From NCBI RefSeq assembly GCF_006345805.1, contig NW_021833513.1:1-27695 (forward strand): DNA of 27,695 nt, read 5' to 3'. Numbering within the stretch: the first letter of the stretch is position 1; each line of letters opens with the position of its first letter. Under the pieces are notes generated by a model. The model was not told the origin of the DNA. It made no database searches and worked only from the letters and a program-made list of their open reading frames with translations. Shown here piece after piece: positions 11,379 through 22,252 of the stretch. The translations under genes and the position numbers were made by a program. This stretch comes from Octopus sinensis (lineage: Eukaryota).

Positions 11379-11414
11379 CTTTCTGTGGAAGAGCGTAGGC
11401 TCGAAACGTTAAAG
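11379..11414 (+). ncRNA. Minimal type I hammerhead-like motif, copy 2
   Basis: CTTT-CTGTGGA-A-GAGC-gtag-GCTC-GAAAC-GTT-AAAG; stems I and II pair; core has A6 replaced by U. Confidence 0.5.
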
Positions 11415-11693
11415 ACTTTTCTATTCCTGAGCGTTATACTAATACATTTGTTAGTTTGTACACCACCTGTCTTCGTCTGTTGTTTTTGTTTTCGTAAACT
11501 CTTCCCATCTATTTTGTAAGCCTCATGTTCTCCAAAATCTGTCCAACTGTCCGTACATATTTACGAGAGTGTTAGCTACAATCTGTACATATATTTTATA
11601 CTACTGAATCTGAGCACTCATAAAAAAAAGCAGGTAATTTTTTTACACTACACCTTTTCTTCTATGTTTTTCTTCGTTCCTTCTTCATTTCAG

Positions 11694-11838
11694 CTCTACA
11701 TGACCTTAGTATCCGTGGCCTTGTTTATAATTCCTGCAGCAATTATAATAATTTGCTATGCCATCATCATCCACATTATTTGGAGTCAAGGCAAGAAGAT
11801 AACGGCTGACGAATGCACGGAAAACGTCAAGAAATCAG
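11694..11838 (+). CDS. CCAP-R: CCAP/NPS-type GPCR exon (TM5 to ICL3)
   Basis: Pyrimidine tract plus CAG acceptor; LYMTLVSVALFIIPAAIIIICYAIIIHIIW...; donor G|GTTTGT, phase 1. Confidence 0.92.
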
Positions 11839-12019
11839 GTTTGTTTCTCTTCAGTACTAGGTATGTCCTCGTTTCTTGTTATATATATATTGTCGTTGTC
11901 TTACTGTCACCTTCTAATTTAGGGGAGTTATTTTATGCGTAGGCACAGCGTGCTAGAAATAACAGCAAAAGTTCCCTTAATTCACACCCTTGTTAAGGCA
12001 GTCCTAGATACTAACCGCC

Positions 12020-12020
<1 letters not shown>

Positions 12021-12097
<77 letters not shown>
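12021..12097. repeat. (TATC)n microsatellite
   Basis: Visible directly. Confidence 0.95.
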
Positions 12098-12419
12098 TGA
12101 GTATAATCCTATGAACTCGGAAAAATTTAAAACAGAGTTACTTATTTGCAAATAAATGTGTCAACATGTGACATTATTGACCGAGGTTACCGTGGTCTTT
12201 TCCCTAGGCTTTTCTTTCCATGGATAAACCTTATCTGCTTCCACTTTTACACTTTACAGCATGACATTTCTGTGATACACGATCCCTACTGATCGCTTTT
12301 GATCGAAAACCTACCCTACTTTTTCTTTTTTCTTCTTTTTTTTTCTCTCCCCCAAAAGAAAAGCTCATCTTTGTAATTTGTCCCCTTTGTGTTCAGCCCT
12401 ATGTGGCTAATAAAGAAAA

Positions 12420-12483
12420 ATATCTATCTTTTTATTTATCTATTTGTCTGTCTATCTTTCTAACTATCTATCTATTTATTTAT

Positions 12484-12555
<72 letters not shown>

Positions 12556-12575
12556 TTATTTATTTATCTATCTAT
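12420..12575. repeat. (TATC/TATT)n microsatellite abutting a splice acceptor
   Basis: Follows a SINE-family-2-like tail (12372-12418) and ends at TATACAG. Confidence 0.93.
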
Positions 12576-12579
12576 ACAG

Positions 12580-12693
12580 GCAGCAATAGATCACAGACAA
12601 AAATCTCGATGAACATAGCCAACCATTGTTCTAGAAGTCTCATACCTCAGGCCAAGATTCGAACTGTGAAAATGACTTTTATCATCGTTTTAG
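12580..12693 (+). CDS. CCAP-R: CCAP/NPS-type GPCR exon (ICL3 to TM6 start)
   Basis: SRSLIPQAKIRTVKMTFIIVL matches the CCAP-R/vasopressin-family IPxAKIKTVKMT motif; phase 1 at both ends; donor GTAACG. Confidence 0.93.
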
Positions 12694-12752
12694 GTAACGT
12701 TTACCGTCTTCTTACTTATGTTGGTCTTGACAAAAAAAATAACAAAAATTGT

Positions 12753-12839
12753 CACACACACACACACACACACACAACATATGCATTCACATATTCATGC
12801 ACACACACACACACACAACATATGCATTCACATATTCAT

Positions 12840-12870
<31 letters not shown>
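12753..12870. repeat. (CA)n microsatellite with a duplicated ATATGCATTCACATATTCATG spacer
   Basis: Visible directly. Confidence 0.85.
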
Positions 12871-12882
<12 letters not shown>

Positions 12883-12955
12883 CATATATACATAAATATA
12901 TATAAACATATTTACATAAACTTACACGTATATAAATATATAAATCGGTTTTAGA

Positions 12956-13092
12956 GATGAAACTCGAAGTATATAAAGCTATAAATAATGTATATAATAA
13001 AAAAAACAAATATAGTAAAAGTCAAAGAGGTTTTTTTTAAACTTAACATTTACTTGCTATTATTTATAGCTTTATCTACTTCGAGTTCCATC
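12956..13092. repeat. Small inverted repeat with ~34-bp arms (MITE-like)
   Basis: GATGAAACTCGAAGTATATAAAGCTATAAATAAT pairs with ATTATTTATAGCTTTATCTACTTCGAGTTCCATC. Confidence 0.75.
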
Positions 13093-13135
13093 GTTCAAAA
13101 TTATTTATTTCACGTTTCTTGACGTTTCTATATTC

Positions 13136-13400
13136 TCACAACATAAACAATATATGGATACAATTGATCGTAGGATTGCTTTTTCCTCGATTTCTTAGGA
13201 ACAAAAATATATTCCAAAAGGGATATAACTCTATTTTTTTTATTTTGGGGCGTAAACTAATGGTTATGCCGTATTTGTGTCTAGCTTTAAAAGTACCCTC
13301 GGTTTTCTCACTATACCTGTTTACTACACGATCTGCCGATTCTGAATTTGCTCTGTATACTATGTTTTTGATAAGCACAATCTATTCAAACAGTTCCTAG
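13136..13400 (-). pseudogene. Decayed Penelope-like GIY-YIG endonuclease fragment
   Basis: NC-LNRLCL (frameshift) IKNIVYRA...TEGTFKARH...W...NPTI resembles the PLE endonuclease pattern CPL.G.CL..NIVY...TE.TFK.RY...W.L....PTI. Confidence 0.65.
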
Positions 13401-13507
13401 TTACGTCTCTGAAACTGTATTCAAGTTAGGTTTTTTGAGTGGTATTTATATATCTTTTGTTGTGATTACAGATTTCTCATGGCATGCAATCCATTCGAGA
13501 ACAGCTG

Positions 13508-14776
13508 GCAATTGCGTTAAATACGTGTGACTGAAAAGCTCAAAATTTTGACTTTATATAGTTTTGCAATTGCGTTAAATACGTGTGACTGAAAAGCTCA
13601 AAATTTTGACTTTATATAGTTTTGCAATTGCGTTAAATACGTGTAACTGAAAAGCTCAAAATTTTGACTTTATATAGTTTTGCAATTGCGTTAAATACGT
13701 GTGACTGAAAAGCTCAAAATTTTGACTTTATATAGTTTTGCAATTGCGTTAAATACGTGTGACTGAAAAGCTAAAAATTTTGACTTTATATAGTTTTGCA
13801 ATTGCGTTAAATATGTGTGACTGAAAAGCTCCAAATTTTGACTTTATATAGTTTTGCAATTGCGTTAAATACTTGTGACTGAAAAGCTCAAAATTTTGAC
13901 TTTATATAGTTTTGCAATTGCGTTAAATACGTGTGACTGAAAAGCTCAAAATTTTGACTTTATATAGTTTTGCAATTGCGTTAAATATGTGTGACTGAAA
14001 AGCTCAAAATTTTGACTTTATATAGTTTTGCAATTGCGTTAAATACGTGTGACTGAAAAGCTCAAAATGTTGACTTTATATAGTTTTGCAATTGCGTTAA
14101 ATACGTGTAACTGAAAAGCTCAAAATTTTGACTTTTATAGTTTGCAATTGCGTAAATACGTGTGACTGAAAAGCTCAAAATGTTGACGACTTTATATAGT
14201 TTTGCAATTGCGTTAAATACGTGTAACTGAAAAGCTCAAAATTTTGACTTTATATAGTTTTGCAATTGCGTTAAATACGTGTGACTGAAAAGCTAAAAAT
14301 TTTGACTTTATATAGTTTTGCAATTGCGTTAAATACGTGTGACTGAAAAGCTCCAAATTTTGACTTTATATAGTTTTGCAATTGCGTAAATACTTGTGAC
14401 TGAAAAGCTAAAAATTTTGACTTTATATAGTTTTGCAATTGCGTTAAATACGTGTGACTGAAAAGCTCAAAATTTTGACTTTATATAGTTTTGCAATTGC
14501 GTTAAATATGTGTGACTGAAAAGCTCAAAATTTTGACTTTATATAGTTTTGCAATTGCGTTAAATACGTGTGACTGAAAAGCTCAAATGTTTGACTATAT
14601 AGTTTTGCAATTGCGTTAAATACGTGTAACTGAAAAGCTCAAAATTTTGACTTTATATAGTTTTGCAATTGCGTTAAATACGTGTGACTGAAAAGCTAAA
14701 AATTTTGACTTTATATAGTTTTGCAATTGCGTTAAATACGTGTGACTGAAAAGCTCAAGATTTTGACTTCATATAG
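13508..14776. repeat. 58-bp minisatellite, ~22 copies
   Basis: GCAATTGCGTTAAATACGTGTGACTGAAAAGCTCAAAATTTTGACTTTATATAGTTTT at 13508, 13566, 13624 and onward. Confidence 0.97.
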
Positions 14777-15092
14777 CTATCTTAACTAGGAGAGAATAAA
14801 CCTTCTTATCATGTCTTTATTTAATGAAATAAATTAACTTAAAACATTCAAACATATTCCTTCACAAATATATTTGTAGTTAACATATGAAATAACAAGA
14901 AGCTCGCAATGTAAGACTAGACACAGATTTCAGATGAGTTAAGCAATATTTCGGCAAAATGGATTTAGACTACGGAGACCGACAACATCTCAGATCTTAG
15001 CCCTGAGTCTTATCATGGCCGCCGTTATATGACACACAATATAACTTCAGTGTTTTTTTTCACTTTTCCCAAATAAATTGCACTTCATATTA

Positions 15093-15173
15093 GAGGCTCC
15101 GATGAAGCTATAAGATATTACACAAGCACTGAACTGTGAGTCCACTGCATCTTATTGCAGAAACATCCGTAAG
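15093..15173 (+). ncRNA. Degenerate hammerhead-like motif of a second, PLE-like family
   Basis: CT-CCGATGA-A-GC..TAAGAT...ATCTTA..GC-A-GAAAC-atcc-GTA-AG; core U4 replaced by C; 3' strand of stem I truncated by a SINE. Confidence 0.35.
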
Positions 15174-15334
15174 GCGTATGAGTGGCTGTGAGGTAAGTAG
15201 CTTGCTTACGAACCACATGGTTCCGGGTTCAGTTCCACTGCGTGGCACCTTGGGCGAGTGTCTTCTACCATAGCCTCAGGCTGACCAAAGGCTTGTGAGT
15301 GGATTTGGTAGACGGAAACTGAAAGAAGCCCGTC
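15173..15334 (+). mobile_element. SINE family 1, 5' half
   Basis: Head through GAAAGAAGCCCGTC, ending in (TA)n. Confidence 0.88.
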
Positions 15335-15449
15335 ATATATATATATATATATATATAATTAAGCATGCCTTTAATTCAATAAAATTTTTGGTTTTGTTAA
15401 ACGAAGTTAAGGCAAAAAGTATCTTCTTCAGAAACCAAATAGTCTTTCC

Positions 15450-16024
15450 TTCCTTCATGCCAAGTTTGAAGAAAATATCTCTTTTTGCATCTTACTTTTT
15501 TGGTCTCTTAAATATACTGCATTTTGTGGCATTATTTCAAGCCAGCCGGTTTTTTTTTGCGCAAACTGCACGTGCATTTTTCTCGCGTATGCATTGTATC
15601 GATCGCAACAGCTGATGTACATGCGCGTACAAATGCACATTCCCACGGCTTTATCGATCGCATTCTCACCAGGAATCGATTTTTGTATTTTTTTCAAGAC
15701 TTATATACACCCTGATACCGTCGGTATATACATATCAAATTTGAGCACAATCGGATGGAGGATGCCCGAGATCCTAGAAGACACACTGTTGTGTGGACGC
15801 CCCCAGACGACGAAGTAGGCTGGCCCAATAGGTAGATATAGAGGGAGATGTCTAGACGTCAGAGTAGAGTAGCGGTCAGAGTAGCTGTCGGAGGAGTTGA
15901 GTAGAAGGCATCCGAACCTGTGACATAACAATAGCGATGAGAATTTCTTAGAAAACACAGCCATTTTGTAGTATTACGAGATAATACACACACAGGCAGA
16001 CAGAACGGATTTTATATAATAGAT
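15450..16024 (+). mobile_element. Possible non-autonomous Helentron/DINE-1-like element; left boundary uncertain
   Basis: CATGCCAAGTTT and CAAATTTGAGCACAATCGG motifs; terminus ACACAGGCAGACAGA...TTTTATATAATAGAT. Confidence 0.35.
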
Positions 16025-16242
16025 GAACAGACAATCCATTACATCATTCTTTAGCTATTTCATTGATTCAGTTATTATTTTACCCTCTCGTGTATGAGTG
16101 ACAGCCAAATAGAATACTTCTTTCTGAGATAGGCTCACGATAACTCATTTTCGGGATTTTGTAGATATCCCCAATATTAAATTACTACTTATTTTATAAA
16201 ATCTGGCAAGCAGAAAGACATTTGTCATGCTATGTATATATA

Positions 16243-16648
16243 GCAGGAGTGGCTGTGTGGTAAGTAGCTTGCCTACCAACCACATGGTTCTGGGTTCAGT
16301 CCCACTGCGTGGCATCTTGGGCAAGCGTCTTCTGCTATAGCCTCGGGCCGACCAATGCCTTGTGAGTGGCTTTGGTAGATGGAAACTGAAAGAAGCCTGT
16401 CGTATATATGTATATATATGTGTGTGTGTGTGTTTGTGTGTCTGTGTTTGTCCCTCGGGCATTGCTTGACAACCGATGCTGGTGTGTTTGCGTCCCCGTC
16501 ACTTAGCGGTTCGGCAAAAGAGACCGATAGAATAAGTACTTGGCTTACAAAGAATAAGTCCCGGGGTCGATTTGCTCGACTAAAGGCGGTGCTCCAGCAT
16601 GGCCGCAGTCAAATGACTGAAACAAGTAAAAGAGAAAGAGTAAAAGAG
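16243..16648 (+). mobile_element. SINE family 1, full length
   Basis: Head, body and tail present. Confidence 0.92.
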
Positions 16649-17039
16649 ATATATAATTGAGCGTAACTTGTGTTTGTGGTTCTTTTAGGTTAGGTTTGTC
16701 TTTCGTCCTTTTCCGGAGTCGATAAAATAAAATAGTAGTTAGTTGGTTGGTCGATCCCAATTCGGTTATATGTTTTTGTAAAATTTGAGACCCCATGTCC
16801 TCGGTAGAGATCATTATCTGAGAAATTAGGATGTTTGTTTGGCCGTCAAAGCAACTATCAACGACCGGAGTCGATCTATTTCTTTTTTCCTTTTCTTTCG
16901 TTTGAAGCAGAATGATATAAATTATCCTCTAGTATAACATAACATCCGATAGCTTTGTGAAGCTGGACAAGTAATGATTGGAACTTTTGTTAATGATAAC
17001 GGTAAACTGTCGTCCTATCCTGATATATACATAAGTACA

Positions 17040-17408
17040 CACACACACACACATATACGTATATATATATATATAATATATATATCTGTCTATATATATT
17101 ATATATATGTATATATGTATATATATATATATGTATGTAATATATATATATGTATGTATGTATATATATGTGTGTGTATATATATATATGTATGTATGTA
17201 TATATATATATATGTATGTAGATATAATATATACTTATATATATATATATGTATGTATGTATGTCTATATAATATATATATTATGTATGTAGTAATTTAT
17301 ATATATATGTGTATATATATATATCTATATATATATATAACATACATACATATCTATACATATAATATATGTATGTATGTTATGTATGTATATATATATA
17401 TATATATG

Positions 17409-17454
<46 letters not shown>

Positions 17455-17487
17455 ATATATCTATATATATCTATAATTATATATATA
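17040..17487. repeat. Degenerate TA/TATG microsatellite
   Basis: Visible directly. Confidence 0.93.
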
Positions 17488-17699
17488 GTGAGACAACGAG
17501 AGAAAAAGAGAGAGAGACAAACAGACAAAAAGAGGCGTCTGCTGTCCTTATTCTGTAACATAAATCAGAGACGTATTTCTTCAACAGATTGCGAAGAACC
17601 GAAAAGTGATACTCAGAGGAAATGAATACCAAATGAATGGTTTCATAGTGTTAGGAATGAATTTTACAGTTTGCATAAAAAGAGAAGCAAGCCTAATAG

Positions 17700-18550
17700 T
17701 TACGGCGATGTACTTGCATAGCAAGTGACCTGATCTGAGATCGTGTGCTGGAACGGAAACAATTGCAGCGTGGAAGGTGTTTATAAGCCATTTAAGAAAC
17801 ACACAACAACCGTTAGATTCACTTCAACATTTAAATTTAATTTGTCGAAATATTTTCGTCGCTTTGAGACCGCGACTTGTTCACTGACAAAACTTCGTGC
17901 TGCATCTGTTGTATATATATATATATATTAATTATTATCGCCATATTAATATGGCATTCTTATAGATATAAGAATAATCGCTGCCATGGTCAGCTCCACG
18001 AGGCCACCGCCACCAAGATAGCTATTGATACACGATCTGTATCCATTATAACCTTCGAACAAGGGAGGTCAGCCGCTTCACACTGCCAGTCCGACAGCTA
18101 CAGACGCGTTTCTGGGTATTGCCCCTTGTCAATGTAGCGCAGTCAGACCCGCAGGTGTCGCCACTGACGTCTCTGTTCGAAGGCTTATATTTACCTAGTT
18201 TCAGTGGAATACATCCACTTGTTTTCAATAATAGAAATATTAAAATTACTAAGTCTCTATAAAAGAGAATATGGCAGCGTTTACTGGAAATTAATTGTTA
18301 TCGCCATATTAATATGGCATTCTTTAGATATAAGAATAATCGCTGCCATTATAAACTTGTTCGAGGTTATAATGGATACAGATCGTGTATCATAGCTATC
18401 TTGATGGCGGTGGCCTCATGGAGCTGACCATGGCAGCGATTATTCTTATATCTATAAGAATGCCATATTAATATGGCGATACAATTATTTCCAGTAAACG
18501 CTGCCATATTCTCTTTTATAGAGACTTATTAATTTAATATTTCTATTATA

Positions 18551-18596
<46 letters not shown>

Positions 18597-18927
18597 ATAC
18601 ATTACGGAGGTGTACTTGCATAGCAGGTGACCTGATCAGAGATCGTGAGCTGGAACAAAAACAATTGCAGCTGGAAGGTGTTTATAAGCCATTTAAGAAA
18701 CACACAAAACCGTTAGATTCACTTCAACATTTAAACTTAAGTTGCCAAAATATGTTCGTCACCTTGAAACCGCGACCTGTTCACTAACAAACACGGAATT
18801 TTGTCAGTGAACAGGTCGCGGTCTCAAAGCGACGAAAATATTTTGAAAAATTATATTTAAATGTTGAAGCGAATCTAACGGTTTTGTGTGTTTCTTAAAT
18901 GGCTTATAAACACCTTCCATGCTGCAA
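17700..18927. mobile_element. Nested or rearranged fold-back elements of two families
   Basis: Family R: direct copies 17700-17892 and 18603-18790, inverted copy 18799-18927; inner family laid out P-Q-G-T-P-Q'-P'-T' over 17935-18549. Confidence 0.8.
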
Positions 18928-19227
18928 AGCCTAACGGCCTATCCAGAAACACGAATACTCTTTACACGGCTTTGAAGTCTCCGCTGCAGCTGACCATGCC
19001 ACATTTACAGTGTTCACAGAGCATTGACCAGCAGTCATGATGTCGGCGTTTTGACACCCGGCGCGAAACATGATACGGGTAACTCTTTCCGATATTTAGA
19101 TGGCTTCTAGTCCCCACCCCCATGTCTTTCCGACGCCACGGACTGGTTGCCAATATCAACCTGTCCATGATAAAAAGGAAGCATAAAAAATCGTCAAATT
19201 TAGCCCAAGCACTGTATATATTCACTA

Positions 19228-19524
19228 TCCTCCTCCTCCTCCTCCTCATCATCATCATCAACATCATCATCCTCATTATTATCATCATCATCATCAACAT
19301 CGTCGTCATCATCACAATCATCATCATCATCATCACCACCACCACCACCACCAGCATCATCATCATCATCACAATCATCATCATCATCATCATCATCATA
19401 ATCATCATCATCATCGTCATCATCATCATCACAATCATCATCATCATCATCATCATCATCACCATCATCATTATTATTAACATCATCATCATCACCATCG
19501 TCGTCGTCATCATCATCATCATCA

Positions 19525-19578
<54 letters not shown>

Positions 19579-19588
19579 TATTATTATT
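19228..19588. repeat. (ATC)n followed by (ATT)n trinucleotide repeats
   Basis: Visible directly. Confidence 0.95.
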
Positions 19589-20140
19589 GAGTGAGAGAGC
19601 AGTGCATGACATCAAAGTGACACGGGTAAAATATACGAAGCCCAGTATACCCATCATGACTACCTGTCTGATAAGGGTACACTAGGCACATGCATCACAA
19701 CCATATGTGCGCGACATGGTGATCTCATATGAAGATAAACAGCACATGACCTTGTAGGTGGGGCCCAGTTAGAATTTTCTTCTGGTCAAGTAACCCATCC
19801 CACTCAAAAGGTCTCTGAATAAGGGTTGGTTGAGGATGTTGAACGAAACACCCATGTTTCCAGAGGTGAATTATTCAAACCCCAAAGAATCCTTCTCAAC
19901 ACATGGCTATGATGCTCCCCCACTACTTCTGCTCGTGATCAGAGATGCACATATCGTCAGCCACTAAGGGACATGCTCAACTGCTTAAGATCAAACAACT
20001 GACAAGCAAATCTGTGATATTGAGCAGAATATTTGCTGTAGCCCATCTTTTATAGCAAGACAAAACAATGTACATGATAACACTTCCAATCAGTTAAGAT
20101 CAGAAGCCATGAGAGCCACTGCCTGGTACTGCATCAGGGC

Positions 20141-20143
<3 letters not shown>
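19589..20143 (-). mobile_element. ~555-bp non-coding element embedded in (ATT)n
   Basis: Unique sequence bounded by (ATT)n on both sides; the - strand ends ...CTCTCTCACTC(AAT)n; orientation is inferred. Confidence 0.5.
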
Positions 20144-20230
<87 letters not shown>

Positions 20231-20240
20231 TATTATTATT
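20144..20240. repeat. (ATT)n microsatellite
   Basis: Visible directly. Confidence 0.95.
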
Positions 20241-20387
20241 TGTCATTATTGTTTCGTTCTCTTTATTTCAAATTGTATCCGCAGTAAATAATCAGCTGCT
20301 GGAATTGTAACGTGACAGACGACCATGCTTTTTTATGTTCACTCAATTTCTTGTGGTTGCTTTATCTTCGACAGTTTTCGTTCCTCA

Positions 20388-20873
<486 letters not shown>

Positions 20874-21484
20874 TATTGCACTAGCAGTTATGTATCGTCT
20901 TTCAAAGTCTTTACACGTTACTTTACCATTTATCTTGTCTATCTCTTCCATTTTTTGATTTTGTCCTTTTTACACTAAAGTACATAAAACAAAAAACACA
21001 TTTACTGTATTCCCTTCAGCTGCCAGATATTGTTTATTTGTTTACACATTTTCCTTTGTTTCTTGTTGTTTTGGGGGGGTTTTTTCAACTACATCTGCAT
21101 CATTTATTTATAATTTTATCTCTTAAAGTATGTTTAAGTTCTTAGATGACATTAAATCATTATTTTATTTTATCTGCTTCGTTTTTGTTCAAATTTTTCT
21201 GCTTTGTTTCTGTTCAAATTGTTTTTGTTCAAATTTTTCTACTTTTGTACTTTTCGGTCACGTTTTATTTCGCCATTTGCAATATTTAACGTCTGCTCAA
21301 GCTTTTATGCGATATTTAACCATTCATTTTGTTTATTTCAATTTTTCCTCCATTTTTTATTTGTTTATAATTAAACTCCACGCCGCATTATATTCTCAGT
21401 CGCTTTTAATTGGTTTCTCCGTATTTCTCTAGTCTTTTATTCATCATCTCTCTTCCATTATATTGTAAAAATTTCTATCTGCAG

Positions 21485-21665
21485 TTTTTATCGTCTGCTG
21501 GAGTCCCTACATGATATTCGATCTCCTTCAAGTTTACGGATATTTTCAGCCCACTCAACGAACTATCGCCATTTCAACATTCTTCAACAGCCTAGCACCT
21601 TTAAATAGTGCTGCCAATCCGATCATTTACGGTATATTTAGTACGCGAATCTGCCAGAATCTCAG
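21485..21665 (+). CDS. CCAP-R: CCAP/NPS-type GPCR exon (TM6-TM7-helix 8)
   Basis: [18 protein letters not shown]...[25 protein letters not shown]; the [13 protein letters not shown] and [11 protein letters not shown] motifs are characteristic of CCAP receptors; TGCAG acceptor, AG|GTACGC donor. Confidence 0.95.
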
Positions 21666-21865
21666 GTACGCCTGTCAAACTCGTAATATTTTGTTGGTTT
21701 CAGCCATTGGACTGCTGCTATCGTGTGGCGCCGCCTAAATGAATTTTTTTTGTTTACAGTACATACATGCATGCAAACATACATACATACATTCATTTAT
21801 ACATATAGTTATACATAAATACATACAAACATGCATACATATATATACATATAAAATAAATAATA

Positions 21866-22117
21866 AATACGTCCTTTTAAAGCCTAACCAGGTTCATGGG
21901 CCTAGTTTCCCCGGTTTCAATGGCGTATGTGTTCCCCAGCTGGACGGGACGCCAGTCCATCGCAGCGTCACTCATTTTTGCCAGCTGAGTGGACTGGAGC
22001 AACGTGAAATGAAGTGTCTTGCTCAAGAACACAACGTGTCGCCCGGTCCAGGAATCGAAACCACAATCTTACGATCACGGGGTTGACACCCTAACCACTT
22101 AACCACGCGCCTCCACT
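21866..22117 (-). mobile_element. tRNA-derived SINE family 3
   Basis: On the - strand: GGAGGCGCGTGGTTAAGTGG A-box, GGTTTCGATTCC B-box, then TTGAGCAAGACACTT central domain. Confidence 0.85.
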
Positions 22118-22129
22118 AAAAATAAATGC

Positions 22130-22243
22130 GCTCTTTTAAAGCCTAGCCAGGCTCATGGGCCCGGTTTCCCGGTTTAGGAATCGAAACCACAATCTTACGA
22201 TCATGATGCTGACACCCTAACCACTAAGCCACGCGCCTCCACT
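22130..22243 (-). mobile_element. Internally deleted SINE family 3 copy
   Basis: Head and tail joined near 22177; AAAAATAAATGC on both sides. Confidence 0.75.
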
Positions 22244-22252
22244 AAAAATAAA

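Larger units (their letters stand above)
11093..11580 (+). repeat. Tandem duplication (~232-bp unit x2) of a PLE pseudo-LTR-like fragment plus flanking sequence
   Basis: 11093-11345 matches 11339-11580 with few substitutions. Confidence 0.85.

Noticed and set aside
13508-14776. CRISPR-like array
   Set aside because: Contiguous 58-bp monomers with no spacers.
20118-20140. U2 snRNA similarity (CCTGGTACTGCA)
   Set aside because: Only about 11 nt match; the rest of U2 is absent.
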